From sequence record OL780484.1: DNA of 64,000 nt; one strand, written 5' to 3'. This document shows positions 1 through 11,700 of the stretch, piece after piece. How positions within the stretch are numbered: the stretch's first letter is position 1; each line of letters begins with the position of its first letter. A program made the position numbers and the translations under genes. The notes under the pieces are model-generated. The model saw nothing but the letters and a program-made list of their open reading frames with translations, searched no databases and had not been told where the DNA came from. Origin of the DNA: Escherichia phage vB_EcoM-E33.

Positions 1-254
1 TTCCAGGCTTTAGTAAATTTGTTCTGAAGGTCTTCGCCAAATAGCTGGTCTGGATTAACGTATTCACGCGGTATATAATAAAGCTCAATACCACGCATTT
101 GAATAGACTCAGCAACTAAAGCATCAGCCAATGTTTGGGTATTCTCATGCTTGTAGAAGTTGACGAACGGATTCATTATTTCAGTTTCGTTCGTGTTAGC
201 ATAGCCAGTATTATTTTCCAGCTTGGCAAATAAACTCGAATCGAAAGTAGCCAT
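1..254 (-). CDS. 14: neck protein gp14, N-terminal portion only (gene runs off the window start)
   Basis: Reverse complement from ATG at 254-252 reads [25 protein letters not shown]..., like the T4 gp14 N-terminus as recalled; lies directly downstream of gp13. Confidence 0.8.
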   Translation of the reverse strand, partial: MATFDSSLFAKLENNTGYANTNETEIMNPFVNFYKHENTQTLADALVAESIQMRGIELYYIPREYVNPDQLFGEDLQNKFTKAW

Positions 255-256
255 AA

Positions 257-1192
257 TTATCCAATTAAAATAGGTGTTGGTGGGTCGAGTAAATCTAATT
301 CTTCGCGAAGGCGTTCTTTTTCTAAACGAGCTTCTTCAATCAATCGAATACCATCTACAGTGGTTCCACCCGCAAGTTGCATGCCTTGGTGTTTGGCCAA
401 AATATTACCATTGACTTCTTTAACCAATGCCGTCGCATAATCTTTGACCCAACGGTTATTATATGAACCATCTTGCAAACCAAGGTCTTCACCTGCCCTC
501 ATACCTGAAATACGACGAGCCGGGTTATCCCAAATAGCTCCGGGGCTCCATTCATTTTCGTCGCACCCGCCAGAGGCATATCCATATCCTGCGGTATTTC
601 CTACCATAGAATCGACCCCATTAAAAGAGCGAGTATAAACTTCAATTACAATAAAATCGCCTTTAACAAAGTTACCCATTACCTTCAACTGTTCAGTGGC
701 ATCGTTATACCAATAATCAGGCAATGGAACCAAAAGGTCCTGCATCATAGAACGATATTGCATTAATTGTGTAAAATACCCGAGGTCAGCACCAAAGGCA
801 TTAGGCCCAAAGCTGTTACAAGAAGTTCCAAGACCGCCGTTAATACCAGCTAGGCCTAATACAAAATCAGTAAACCATGGATAAGTCGCTTGGCCATCCA
901 TAGATGTTAAAGAACCTACATTAGTTCTTAAAATTTGTGTTACTGCAAATATATTACGGCCTTTAAGGTCAAATACGCCGTTACGGAATTTTTCTTCGTC
1001 ATCATGGCCTATATAAAAAGCCTGATAACCTTTGTTATAGCCGTTATAATGATACTCACCGTAGAGCTCCAGGGCGCGCTGGATGCAATCGTATACTTGG
1101 TCTGTAGTTACTTCAATATTCGTAATCGGTGCACCCAGGCGGCGCAGGATTGCGTCCTTGAGTTGCTTAGGGTTATATGATTCACTTGCCAT
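257..1192 (-). CDS. 13: neck protein gp13
   Basis: 311 aa; [29 protein letters not shown] and C-terminal [16 protein letters not shown] match T4 gp13 as recalled; synteny. Confidence 0.9.
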   Translation of the reverse strand: MASESYNPKQLKDAILRRLGAPITNIEVTTDQVYDCIQRALELYGEYHYNGYNKGYQAFYIGHDDEEKFRNGVFDLKGRNIFAVTQILRTNVGSLTSMDGQATYPWFTDFVLGLAGINGGLGTSCNSFGPNAFGADLGYFTQLMQYRSMMQDLLVPLPDYWYNDATEQLKVMGNFVKGDFIVIEVYTRSFNGVDSMVGNTAGYGYASGGCDENEWSPGAIWDNPARRISGMRAGEDLGLQDGSYNNRWVKDYATALVKEVNGNILAKHQGMQLAGGTTVDGIRLIEEARLEKERLREELDLLDPPTPILIG

Positions 1193-1213
1193 GGTTTATT
1201 CCTCTAATAACCG

Positions 1214-1221
1214 TATTTATA
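1214..1221 (-). promoter_or_regulatory. late promoter (TATAAATA on minus strand) upstream of gene 13
   Basis: Plus-strand tatttata is the reverse complement of the T4 late consensus TATAAATA, about 22 nt upstream of the gp13 ATG. Confidence 0.5.
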
Positions 1222-1223
1222 GC

Positions 1224-1241
1224 AAAAAAGGGCCGAAGCCC
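1224..1241 (-). terminator. rho-independent terminator after wac
   Basis: Minus-strand RNA forms GGGC-UUCG-GCCC hairpin followed by UUUUUU, immediately after the wac stop. Confidence 0.55.
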
Positions 1242-1246
1242 TTTTA

Positions 1247-2836
1247 TTATGGTGCTGGGTTTAAAGTCACAAAATCTGACAATAGCACCCACGCATTATT
1301 AACAAGAACATATGGAAGTCCATCAGCAACTGGAGCCACTGGTGGACGTTTAGCAAGTTCAGTTTCTAATGCAGTGATTTTATCTTCTGCTGTAGTAACT
1401 CTAGAAGTTAAAGCTGCCACATTACCATCGGTAACAACTAAATCAGCTTTAACGGTCCCTATTTCAGTAGAAACGTTAGGAACTTCGGTCCACGTAGCAT
1501 TACGACGAGCATAAAGCTTACCATCGGAAGGGGCATCATTCAACTTACCTAACATCCGGGTTTCTAAAGAAGTAACCGCGTTAATAAGACCACGTTCTTC
1601 TACAGTAGTACCGTTAGGGTTTGTCCCGTCAACCTTATTGGTGAGTTTAAGTAAAGTACCCTTAATACCGGATTGGTTATTTCCAATTTCTACTTGAATA
1701 TCCTGGATAGATGAAGTAGATTGGTTTGCTTGGATAATAACGTCATTTAAACGCTTATTAATGGTCCCAGCTGCCGGAGATACTTCACTACCTAAACGGC
1801 GGTTGATATCAGTAACTTGGAAACGTAAGCCATCACTTGAACTAACACCCACTATGGTTTTAAGGTCATTTACATCAGTACGAAGACCGCTTAAACGTCC
1901 ATTAATAGAAGTAGGAGTTGATTCAGAACCTATTTGGGTTTCAATTGATGTTACACGAGGTTTTAAATCAACGTTGACTGAATTTTCTAGGGTAAGAGTT
2001 TTGCTTTCTAAAGTAGTTACTCGGTCCTTTATAGGCATACCGGAGAAATCAATATTAGTCTTAATTTCGTCGATAGATGTATTGAAATTAATTGCAGCCG
2101 TTTCTAATACAGAAATTCGGGTATAAGCCTGTTGTTTACCTACCGTATCGGAATGGGGCCCGAGTTCAGCACGAATTTCATTTAATTTAATACCTAGTTG
2201 CCCGACGTCAGAATCTTCATAATTCCTTTCAAGGGTATCAATGCGAAGACGATGGTCGACCAATTGAGTGGTATTATCAATGATGCGACGTTTCATACCG
2301 GTGGCTTCGCTGGTTTCACCAGGAGGCAACGGATTACCATTTATATCCTGGTTTTCATAATGACCTATTTCGGTTTTAAGAAGAACAATATTTTCACGTA
2401 CAGTTAAATATGGGCCATCTTGTAAAGGGTCATGGTAACCAACGTCTTCTTTTAGGTGGTCTAAATTTATGGTTAAATTGTTTAGCCCAGTAGTGGTTTC
2501 GCCTTCTACTCTCTTAAGCTCTACGATATCAACACGGTTTTTCTCAATTTGTTGGATGACGGAAATATCCGTAGCCATTTCTAAGGCATCATTGATATTA
2601 TTAACGTTTTCTACCAGTTCGTTAACTTTATCTGCGGTTTTCAAATCATTCGCATCAAGAGCTTCAACGTTTTTCTGAACTCCTAAAGCAGCAGCGTTCA
2701 AATTACCTTCATTGCCGTATTTTGTTTTTGCTGCAGACATACAATCACCCTCGCGTATCCATTGGATACGCTTTTGAGGAGCATCAGGTACGCCGTCAAC
2801 AAATGGTAACTCACTAAGTTCCAATTTGTTAATCAT
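1247..2836 (-). CDS. wac: fibritin (whisker, neck collar fibre)
   Basis: 529 aa; N-terminus LPFVDG.P, long heptad-rich middle, C-terminal foldon-like DGLPYVLVNNAWVLLSDF; position between gp12 and gp13. Confidence 0.88.
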   Translation of the reverse strand: MINKLELSELPFVDGVPDAPQKRIQWIREGDCMSAAKTKYGNEGNLNAAALGVQKNVEALDANDLKTADKVNELVENVNNINDALEMATDISVIQQIEKNRVDIVELKRVEGETTTGLNNLTINLDHLKEDVGYHDPLQDGPYLTVRENIVLLKTEIGHYENQDINGNPLPPGETSEATGMKRRIIDNTTQLVDHRLRIDTLERNYEDSDVGQLGIKLNEIRAELGPHSDTVGKQQAYTRISVLETAAINFNTSIDEIKTNIDFSGMPIKDRVTTLESKTLTLENSVNVDLKPRVTSIETQIGSESTPTSINGRLSGLRTDVNDLKTIVGVSSSDGLRFQVTDINRRLGSEVSPAAGTINKRLNDVIIQANQSTSSIQDIQVEIGNNQSGIKGTLLKLTNKVDGTNPNGTTVEERGLINAVTSLETRMLGKLNDAPSDGKLYARRNATWTEVPNVSTEIGTVKADLVVTDGNVAALTSRVTTAEDKITALETELAKRPPVAPVADGLPYVLVNNAWVLLSDFVTLNPAP

Positions 2837-2845
2837 TTTTTACCC

Positions 2846-4372
2846 TTATTCTACTTTAATAATAAAAAGAACGGACATTGTCCATGGACGTGTTTCGTTG
2901 GCAATAAGACCTTCACTATTCAATGTGGTATGTCCATCACGGTTCCAAGGATCGGTGGTCTCAAAACCTTCGTTGGTATAATAACTACGGTTATCCCAGT
3001 CAAGGCCTTTACGAGTACCAACATATCCGGAGTTAGCGGTGTTACCAAAAGCGCCATAGTTATCATGTTCACCAAAACCACCAGCATGTTTATGATAACG
3101 TAATGCTTGGGCTTGAACGGAAGATTGCGGGAAAGAACCAACACCATTACCTAAACGGGCTTTACCTTTACCGTCTTCTCCTCGGTTACCGGCAATATGC
3201 GGGTTAACTTCGCCTTCAGAATATCCACCGACCATGTTAGCGCCACGAGGATATAATCCACGGAAATCTGGAATAGCACCCCACCATCCCCAACGCCCAC
3301 CAACAGCATTTAAATATGCACCACCAGTGTAAGTCCCACCTACACAAGCACGCCATTTACCAGGTATATTACCTTCATTGCCACCCCACATGCAAATAGT
3401 ACCCACCGGAACGCTATCTGATAATTGGTCATGGGTAACAACATCAACACCATTACGACGTAATGCTCCATTAACGTTTAAAGTACCCCATATTTCGCCG
3501 CCTGAAGTAGAAATAACGTTAGCATTATAAGCCAGCGCCGTATTACCATCGCCTTGGCCTACAGTAGTAGATAAACGAACCAACCCAATACGTCCAGTAT
3601 TACCTGTACGAGCTAACAAAGAAGCCGGTGTAACTGCGGCGGTATGGTCGGTACCATTAGATACCATATCCCAACCTGCGAGTTTAATAATACCGCTTCG
3701 TTCTTCGGTGGAAGTTAATGTGGCTAATCCTGCCGGAGAAATAGCGATACCTACCGAAAGACTTCCATTACCAACCTCTGCATTGGTCGCTAAACGAACT
3801 AAACCTTCATTTGTAGTCGTTGCTGTAGAATAAACCGGTAACGCGGCCGTCGCTGCACCAATTGCCTGAGATACTTTAAGTGGGGTCATTGCTGTGGTAT
3901 CATCGGTACCAGCTAATGCGGCAGGTGTAGTTGAAATCTTGATAACGCCTGTGGCGTTCTCTGTTGATAAACGGTTCTCAAATGTATAATCCATTACCGC
4001 TTTCAAAGAGGTTGCTACGATTGCAGCCTGGGGCTCTGTGCCTGCTATGGCTTCAGCGTTAGTAGCATAACGGGTGATACCTACATAAGTTTCTGTTGCC
4101 TGAGTAGGAATATCTAAACGAGCTTTTAAAGTTGCTGGTGTCACTGCACTATAAGCATCCAGACCATCCATTACTTCTTGTGTGGTTGCAAGACGAATAA
4201 TACCTTGGGATGTTTCTGTGGCTGAAGGAACATTACCTGTGACGCCGATTAATGAAATAGTGGCCAATGCTTCTTGAACATTAGTAATATCAGGCGGGAA
4301 ATTCGACCCAGTAGGGTCGAATGATTTGAATTCCGATTTATCACTAATGTGTTTTAGTGTGTTTGTTGACAT
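2846..4372 (-). CDS. 12: short tail fibre gp12
   Basis: 508 aa; KFDPTG.NFPP.IT.VQ N-terminus and C-terminal HKHAGGFGEHDNYGAFGN...GNETRPW match T4 gp12 as recalled. Confidence 0.9.
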   Translation of the reverse strand: MSTNTLKHISDKSEFKSFDPTGSNFPPDITNVQEALATISLIGVTGNVPSATETSQGIIRLATTQEVMDGLDAYSAVTPATLKARLDIPTQATETYVGITRYATNAEAIAGTEPQAAIVATSLKAVMDYTFENRLSTENATGVIKISTTPAALAGTDDTTAMTPLKVSQAIGAATAALPVYSTATTTNEGLVRLATNAEVGNGSLSVGIAISPAGLATLTSTEERSGIIKLAGWDMVSNGTDHTAAVTPASLLARTGNTGRIGLVRLSTTVGQGDGNTALAYNANVISTSGGEIWGTLNVNGALRRNGVDVVTHDQLSDSVPVGTICMWGGNEGNIPGKWRACVGGTYTGGAYLNAVGGRWGWWGAIPDFRGLYPRGANMVGGYSEGEVNPHIAGNRGEDGKGKARLGNGVGSFPQSSVQAQALRYHKHAGGFGEHDNYGAFGNTANSGYVGTRKGLDWDNRSYYTNEGFETTDPWNRDGHTTLNSEGLIANETRPWTMSVLFIIKVE

Positions 4373-5037
4373 TAATATAATCTCTTATAGTAATATAAAG
4401 GAATCGTGCCGTTAACTGTACCACCTGCTAACGATTGGGTAGAGTTACCTAAGTATTCCCACTTACCGTATCCAGCCCTTGGCTGTTGGACTATAGTATG
4501 GGAAATTGTACAACCCGATTGTTTATATGGTGAAAAAATATGATTCTGATAGTCATTGTATTTAATATTCAAGGTAGATTGGTCTAAGGCATCAATAGCA
4601 GTTTCGGCCAAAATATAGCTATTAGCAATAGCGTCTAAAAACACATCATTTACTTTAGATGCAACCAATACAGATGAATCGCCAACTAAGACCTCTACAG
4701 GAAGTCCGAACACTTTAATAATAACCGGGTCGCCAAGTTCACCGCCTGAAGAAATAGAACCGGTAAATGTAATTTTATCAGATTGCTGGATAAATCCAGG
4801 TGCTCTGTTTTCTGTGGTAATAATAACAGAGTTCACAGGAAGCTCTGTTCTAAATGCAATATCATCTATTGCACTTTGGACCGTAGGAAAATAAACACCC
4901 TTCTGAGTTTGGTTTGCAGAAGGACCACCGATAGGACGTTGGTCAGCGACAGCAGTAGGCTTGTCACTAGTGTAAGATAATTCCAAATAATCGGCTAAGC
5001 GGGATTTTAGCCCGCTTTTCATTTCAGTTAAAGTCAT
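4372..5037 (-). CDS. 11: baseplate wedge/short-fibre attachment protein gp11
   Basis: 221 aa; size and position between gp10 and gp12; SRLADYL and FGLPV motifs resemble T4 gp11. Confidence 0.8.
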   Translation of the reverse strand: MTLTEMKSGLKSRLADYLELSYTSDKPTAVADQRPIGGPSANQTQKGVYFPTVQSAIDDIAFRTELPVNSVIITTENRAPGFIQQSDKITFTGSISSGGELGDPVIIKVFGLPVEVLVGDSSVLVASKVNDVFLDAIANSYILAETAIDALDQSTLNIKYNDYQNHIFSPYKQSGCTISHTIVQQPRAGYGKWEYLGNSTQSLAGGTVNGTIPLYYYKRLY

Positions 5038-6848
5038 TATGCAATCCTCATCCAGCGATGAACAGTTAAGTATGGTGGTAGAGTATTAACCGGGATAGGA
5101 GTGGTTCCTTGAGCCTTATTAATACTGGCTTTATCTTCACGATATTTTGTATAAGCCGGTCCTTGTGAATCAGGGTCAACTAAACACCCACCTACAAAAA
5201 TAGGGCCATCGTTATCAGCAATAAGGACTTTATCATCGGTATTAAGTTCAGGGATATTCTCATATTTCAAATTAGCCACATGAGCGCCACCAGTACCGCC
5301 AGCAGTTGACTGTGGAATACCGGCAGAATCCAGATCGTTGTTATTTGCATTAAACAAAGAACTAGCGTCAGGAGACCAACCTACCAAGAACACATCAGAT
5401 AAACGCTTCCATGAACCAAAGCCCATATAAGTTTTAGGGTTATTAGGGTTCACCGTATTCTCATAGATGGTTCCTATTGGATAAACCAAATCAAAAAACG
5501 TTGCTGCTGTATCTATTGTAATATTGGACGCGGCGACCGGTTCAACGTTAGGTGCAAAAGGATTGTCTACATCAGTGATACGAACTTGACCTGTTATATC
5601 GATAGAAGGCCCTTTAGAAATATAGATGTTGTTGGTATAATCCAAAATCTCATCAATTTCCATGGTGGTACCGATATCATTATTGTACCAAATTACTGTA
5701 AGAATATCGCCGTGTTCAAAGTTACGTCCAAATTCAATAGATTCAATCTTGTCTTCAGGAGTCAAATTAAAAATATAATCTGATTTAGATTGGGTCCATT
5801 GACCACCAGCATTAAAACACTCGGTAGCAGTACGACCATCAGCACCTTCACAATAAAACGAAGGAAGTCCTGCTGTACCGGCTTGATGAAGTAATGTGCT
5901 ATTAAGCATGACTTGACAAGCATTTGGGTTGATAGGACTGTTAACAGAAATATTCAAATCAGCGGCTGATATAACATGCGAAGTATTCAAATCGGCTACG
6001 AAGGAAGAACCAGGAACAGAAACGTTTTTAGTCAATTCTGAACTTTGGATTGTTATATCACGGCGGTTATAAGAACTACGCCATTGGGCAAGTCCGTCAT
6101 TATATGATTTGATAATAACAGTATCACCTGCTTCACAAGGATATTTTAAACGGATGTCCTTACCATTCAAAGCTACCAATTCGCCCGGTTGAGCACCTGG
6201 AGAACCGAACTCTGCGGTAGCGGCATCAAAAATATCATCAACACCGTAGAACAAATTGTTACCACGTTGTGAAACGCTTAAACTCGCTACGTTATAAGAA
6301 AGCCCTGGGAAAATGTCTAGAAAATCTGTTTGGCCTTCAGTGGCAATAAACTGCTTAGTTGCTACAGTAGCGAGGTCGTTATTTGGAATACGGTTTACTT
6401 GCTTGTTCTCGACATATTCCCAACGTCCTGGGGCGCAATAAACTAATTCAAGGTCAGAGAAGTTGCGAGCAATTTCTACTTGAGTAGCTGAACCCTTAAT
6501 GGTATCACCCGTGGCAGGGATTAGGGTTACCGGGTTAGCTTGCCATGAAGAATACACGTCGCGTACACGGATAACAAAGTTATATTCTTCAGGAGAGCCT
6601 TTAGGAAGCTGAACGTTAATACGCCCACCTTGAGTATTAAGGGTATAGCTATGACCCATTACAGCGTTCAACAAAGCACCATCTGCAGTAGAATGCTGTT
6701 TCCAAGCGCCTGCTGCATGAGGGTTGTTGCCATCACCTAATTGGTAATAAAGCTCATTGAAGTTGTTATTAATTTTAAGACCACCTGCACGCAGGTAATC
6801 ACCGGACCCGTCATCAACAGCGGAACCTACTTTTAAGTCTTGTTTCAT
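5037..6848 (-). CDS. 10: baseplate wedge protein gp10
   Basis: 603 aa; MKQDLKVGSAVDDGSGDYLR..., ELVYCAPGRWEYV, YENTVNPNNPKTYMGFGSWK, C-terminal YTKYRE..VHRWMRIA match T4 gp10. Confidence 0.9.
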   Translation of the reverse strand: MKQDLKVGSAVDDGSGDYLRAGGLKINNNFNELYYQLGDGNNPHAAGAWKQHSTADGALLNAVMGHSYTLNTQGGRINVQLPKGSPEEYNFVIRVRDVYSSWQANPVTLIPATGDTIKGSATQVEIARNFSDLELVYCAPGRWEYVENKQVNRIPNNDLATVATKQFIATEGQTDFLDIFPGLSYNVASLSVSQRGNNLFYGVDDIFDAATAEFGSPGAQPGELVALNGKDIRLKYPCEAGDTVIIKSYNDGLAQWRSSYNRRDITIQSSELTKNVSVPGSSFVADLNTSHVISAADLNISVNSPINPNACQVMLNSTLLHQAGTAGLPSFYCEGADGRTATECFNAGGQWTQSKSDYIFNLTPEDKIESIEFGRNFEHGDILTVIWYNNDIGTTMEIDEILDYTNNIYISKGPSIDITGQVRITDVDNPFAPNVEPVAASNITIDTAATFFDLVYPIGTIYENTVNPNNPKTYMGFGSWKRLSDVFLVGWSPDASSLFNANNNDLDSAGIPQSTAGGTGGAHVANLKYENIPELNTDDKVLIADNDGPIFVGGCLVDPDSQGPAYTKYREDKASINKAQGTTPIPVNTLPPYLTVHRWMRIA

Positions 6849-7708
6849 TATACTGGAACTCCAATAGTTTGGGTTTCTACGACCTTAATTGCAAGCCTCA
6901 TAGGATTGACAGAAGAAGCGGTCGCGATAATATAGTTTGATGTATCGAATTTAAAATCTAGGGAATAAATTTCGTCATCATCTGAAGTTTGCCCACGTTT
7001 AATAACAGCGTATTCGGTGGAATAAATCTTTTTAGCTTGGTTGTCGATAAACACAAGATATTCTGAAGCTTTGTAAATGGTTTCGTTGGCATTCACTGCC
7101 GTAACTAAAAGTTTGACCAATGAATACTGGCCGGAATAAACCACCGGAATATCACGAGCGACAGAAGATATATTATATGTCTTATTTAATGGAACTCGTT
7201 TATCACCAAACATACTTTCAATTGAATAATCCCATACTGCAATGCCGTTTGTATCTGATACACACCATAAAAGAACTCGTGTATAAGGTGTTACGATACG
7301 CAAAGTCGAAGTTGAATGGCTTGCAAAAGTATCCAATATACGGATTTCAAGATAATTAGTGGAAGAAATACTCCCGTTAGAGTTGATAATCTCGATTCCT
7401 TCACCGACTGCACCTTTTACAGTGGTTAATACGATAGAACCGGTAGAAGCATCGATATCCACCAAAGAGCCTAAATCTACTGAGCTTGCTTGGTCCATAT
7501 CACCAAATTTTTGATAATAACCTGTAGCGTGTAATTTCTGACCGGTTAATTCACCAGTTAAAGCAGTTTTGCGTTGGTCGCCGAAAGTATTATATATGTT
7601 GTTTAAGTCAGTGTTCAGTTTAACACCGCCATCATAAAGAATGTCGCCGGTGCTGGCATTACCAATTTCACCGACGTCAATTAGTTCTTTACCAGTTTGC
7701 TTAATCAT
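6848..7708 (-). CDS. 9: baseplate wedge/long-fibre socket protein gp9
   Basis: 286 aa; IDVGEIGNASTGDILYDGG, HATGYYQK, WDYSIESMFG match T4 gp9. Confidence 0.85.
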   Translation of the reverse strand: MIKQTGKELIDVGEIGNASTGDILYDGGVKLNTDLNNIYNTFGDQRKTALTGELTGQKLHATGYYQKFGDMDQASSVDLGSLVDIDASTGSIVLTTVKGAVGEGIEIINSNGSISSTNYLEIRILDTFASHSTSTLRIVTPYTRVLLWCVSDTNGIAVWDYSIESMFGDKRVPLNKTYNISSVARDIPVVYSGQYSLVKLLVTAVNANETIYKASEYLVFIDNQAKKIYSTEYAVIKRGQTSDDDEIYSLDFKFDTSNYIIATASSVNPMRLAIKVVETQTIGVPV

Positions 7709-7743
7709 AGGTATGCCTCATTATTGATATACTGTATTTATTA

Positions 7744-7766
7744 AACCCGAAAGGGCCTTGCGGCCC
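7744..7766 (-). terminator. terminator-like GC hairpin between gp8 and gp9
   Basis: gggcc-ttgc-ggccc stem-loop just after the gp8 stop, followed on the minus strand by UUUCGGGUUU and a near-consensus late box TAATAAATA. Confidence 0.4.
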
Positions 7767-7769
7767 TTA

Positions 7770-8774
7770 TTAGAATTCGAAGATAATGTTAATTTCTTCT
7801 GTTTGGTCCATGGAACGAATAACCGGAGGACGGTTTTCCATATAAATCATTTCACCTGAATGGCGGGAGAGGTCTATAACATCATAGTACTCTTTTTCGG
7901 CTTTAATGATCGGATCGGATGGGTGAGCTTTAGCTTCTAATGGATTAGAAATTATCGAAAGCTGTCTAAATCCTTTGTTACCAGGAAGACTAAATTCAGG
8001 GAAGTAAACTGAATCTAAGAATGCTTTAAAACGAATGGTATTGCCTTTAATACGATAAATCAATCCATAATCGTCTTGCTGCCAAGTAAGATTATTCTCG
8101 TATCCCCAACGTTCAGGGTCTTCGGCAATTTCTTCTGGCCATGGTACTACAATATATTCATTAGTGCAACGGTTAATACTTACATCAGGTGGAATCTCAT
8201 ACAAATATTCCCAGAGATACCCATCACCCGTATCAACCATACCTTCCGTATCACCTTGACCTGCTGGAGCTTTAACCGACTGTACATTTGAGGTCCATTT
8301 ACCACCAAGTTTAATACACTCAGTTTTATTATCAAGGGACAAAATAGAACATGTACCTGATTCTGGGATATCTACACAACGATAAACCATCCACCCGGCA
8401 CCGACATCAGTACGGTTTTGCGGCTGGCTGTTCGCCACTACAATTTCACCAATCTGGAAAGTAAACGGATTAGGATAAGAGGTATCGCCCCAGTCTTTGC
8501 GCGGGACAACACAATCCAACATGCTCTTATAAACCTTAACGCATCCCATCATGTTTGTCCAGACGTCTTCTACGCCTTCAGAATCATCTACAGGATATGG
8601 CGGGGCAAAACCTGGGTCGTTTTCGTTATCGGCCCATGGTCGGGCCCTTCCGAAAGATACATACATGGTGTTCTGGTCTTCACCATCACCTATTGTTCTG
8701 TAAAAGTTGTACATTTTTTCCGTTCTAAATTTTGAAGTAACAATAGAACGATAAACTACTGTAGAATTAATCAT
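7770..8774 (-). CDS. 8: baseplate wedge protein gp8
   Basis: 334 aa; YRSIVTSKFRTEKM, NRCTNEYIVVPWPEE, GEMIYMENRPP match T4 gp8 closely. Confidence 0.9.
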   Translation of the reverse strand: MINSTVVYRSIVTSKFRTEKMYNFYRTIGDGEDQNTMYVSFGRARPWADNENDPGFAPPYPVDDSEGVEDVWTNMMGCVKVYKSMLDCVVPRKDWGDTSYPNPFTFQIGEIVVANSQPQNRTDVGAGWMVYRCVDIPESGTCSILSLDNKTECIKLGGKWTSNVQSVKAPAGQGDTEGMVDTGDGYLWEYLYEIPPDVSINRCTNEYIVVPWPEEIAEDPERWGYENNLTWQQDDYGLIYRIKGNTIRFKAFLDSVYFPEFSLPGNKGFRQLSIISNPLEAKAHPSDPIIKAEKEYYDVIDLSRHSGEMIYMENRPPVIRSMDQTEEINIIFEF

Positions 8775-11700
8775 TAATTTTTACCTGAGTTGGAACTTTA
8801 GGGTCTCTAGGATTTCCAATATCGTCTTTAAGACGCTTATCAACCAGTGCACGCCAATTGGCAAAGGTCACAGCACTTTGGTCAAACAATGGACTATGCT
8901 TTTTAATACGTTCGTGTGGTAATTGACCTTGGAATACAGAGAAATCATTTTCCGCATCATAATCTGCAGGGATATCAAACGGTTCTCCTGCTTTAGGTCC
9001 AACGTTATAAACCGGAAGTCCTGTTCTAGGGTCTCGTTCTATATTACCATCAAAACCTATTACAGCAACTCTATCATACCATTCAGATGGCAAACCTGAG
9101 TCCCATTTGTAGTTCTTAAGGATATTAATAATAGTTTCTGTATGTTTTAGCGTTAAACCTACGTTAACGAACATAGAAAGCAAAGTTATACCTACAAAGC
9201 CGAAACCTACTGGATGAACAAATCTCAAAACATCGTTGCGATAACGAGAAGTAGGGAGATTAGACTTAATGGTCATCACATAATAAGAACGGTTACGGTT
9301 GATATAGTCGATATTGTTACTCAAAAGCTCTTTACCACGTACGCCCTGAACAATCATACCCTTGAACGAAGTACGTTCAGATTTAATTTCTTGTCCGACT
9401 ATAAAACGACCTAAAAGATTATGAATGGTTAAACGCCATTGCAGTTTACCATCTTTGTAATTTCGTTCTATATAAGTAACATTACTACGACCTGTAGGAG
9501 TATAAATCGTTTGGCCTACGATATCTTCACTGATATTATCAGATTCTACGATGATATCATATTCGATAGAGTTCTTGGACTCGATATCAATTTCTACATC
9601 TTCATTGTAAAGCAATTTAAACAGGAATTTATATGAAGCTTCGGTACCTTTTGTAGACCAAAAATCGGTTTGGCGCGCCTGGAAAAAACGAACTACTTCG
9701 TCGCGTTTTTCTTTCGACAAATAGATATTACGCTTATAGATTTCCGACCACAAATATTCCCATGAATCTTCTTCACGTGGGTATTGGTTACGAATAAGAT
9801 TCAACAAATTATTATAGTGTGTACCTGAGCCATCACTAATAAATTGGAGATAGTATTCACAGAATTTTTCAAAGTTGCTATCTTGAAGCAAATAACTATC
9901 TGGAATCATTTTAACCAGTAAAGGCTGGAGGTCCGGGTCTTGCTCACCAACTTCCTCTTTAGGTTTCCACGGGATTTCATGTTCTTGGTTTTGCAATTCA
10001 GCCGTAAACATAATTTCTTTAGGCTTCCAAATAACACGGACTTCATCGCGTACACGATAGTCGAATTCAAAATATCCAACCAATTCACCTGTAGATTTGT
10101 GAATCATCATTCCGGAAGAATATTTCTTAAAGCCGTTGAACTCTATATTAGGAGATGTGACTTTACAAAAACCTTTATTCCAAATCTCATGAACAATACG
10201 TTCAGGTGAAGAACCACTGTTCAGGTCGATAATTTTCTGGTATAAAGCATCATTATAAACAACCATCGCATGGTCGCTAGTAGTAATCCACGAACGGGTT
10301 CCATCGCGTCGAGACCAACTAAAGAATGGTTCGGCATAATAAGCCATACGCCCAGGTTTAAATTCTTTGAAATCGGATTTAGAGTTAGACCTAAAACTCA
10401 TCATCAAATAATGTTTATCGTGAATCCATTGTTCATCTTTAACATATTTAACGGCGGAGGTGACAATTTCAGGGTATTCCAAAGGAAGCTCAGAATCAAC
10501 CTCTACTTCATATCTAAAGTTGCTTGAACTGAAAAATAATTCCTCTCCATCAGTAGACATGCTGGTATATCCATGCTCTATACGACGACGTTCTTCTTCA
10601 GTGTTTCCAAATACACGGGTCCATGTATCAGTTGAAGTGTCTAACCAATAAACACCTTTGGATTCAGAATCAACCACATTGGATTCGACCGTAGGGTCCA
10701 TTTTTTCTTCTTTAACTTCACCTGTAATTAAAGCAAATGTATGGCCTTGGATAGAATCTAATTTATAACAAACAGCTTTAGGGTTCCCTGTGATAGTCGA
10801 ATATCCGCTTTCAAATATCTTCTCTCCATAAGTCGGAGAACTAGGGTCGGTGTCTATAGGGGCCTCAGATGTTTTTGCTTTATAAACTCTGTCTCTACCT
10901 GCAACATAAATGAAATCATCAGAAGCGCATATAGCTTCAGCAATAGTGGAAATAGGCAAAGGAAGTTTTGCATATGACCCAAATATCTCGATTTCAAATG
11001 GAAGGTCGATATCACTACCTATTTTAGCAAATGTTATATCTTGGGAGCTAAAACGGACATCATCAGCAGACCAACGAATATCACTTGATTTACGTCCGTA
11101 AAATATTTGGTCATAACCTAGAACATACGTAGTAGTTTCAGTTTGGTAATGTGCCGTACGTGAAACAGGGTTACCTACTCGGTCATTAAACAAACGGATA
11201 TAATGCCAGTTCTGCCCTTTATCATTAGAAACCTTAGCGGTACTTTGGAATCTTTCTAAAAGGTAAAGTACACCACCAAGTTCCATTAAAATAGAACGTT
11301 TAGGGTCTTTACAAACCGCTTGGATGCTTCCTTGGATTTCATGGAAACGGTCGGCTTTTAAAACATAATTTGATATAGATGACAAATGCGAATACGCTGG
11401 CGTAAAGTTAAAATCTTCCGTCATTAAGGAAGCCATAATGGCATCGGTATTAAAGTTCACATAATTCTGATTATTTTTTGTGAATTTTTCTTCAATAAAT
11501 TTATTAGACAAAGTGAATTCGCGCATATGCTCAAATGTATATGCGTTGGTAGAGAAAGTTTCAAATTCTTCAGTGTAAACCCATTCGGACTGCTCAAACC
11601 CCTGGGCGGCCACCGCAACTCGCATTTTATAAAATGAATTAGGAGAAATGAATGCCTCTTCAAACCATTCGTTATTAGGGGTGTAACCTAAATTTCTCCA

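Noticed and set aside
1083-2126. Plus-strand ORFs inside the late structural module (1083-1514, 1761-2126, and others at 8418-8735, 11986-12387, 16023-16352)
   Set aside because: Antisense to strongly supported baseplate/neck genes with T4 homology; no start signals.
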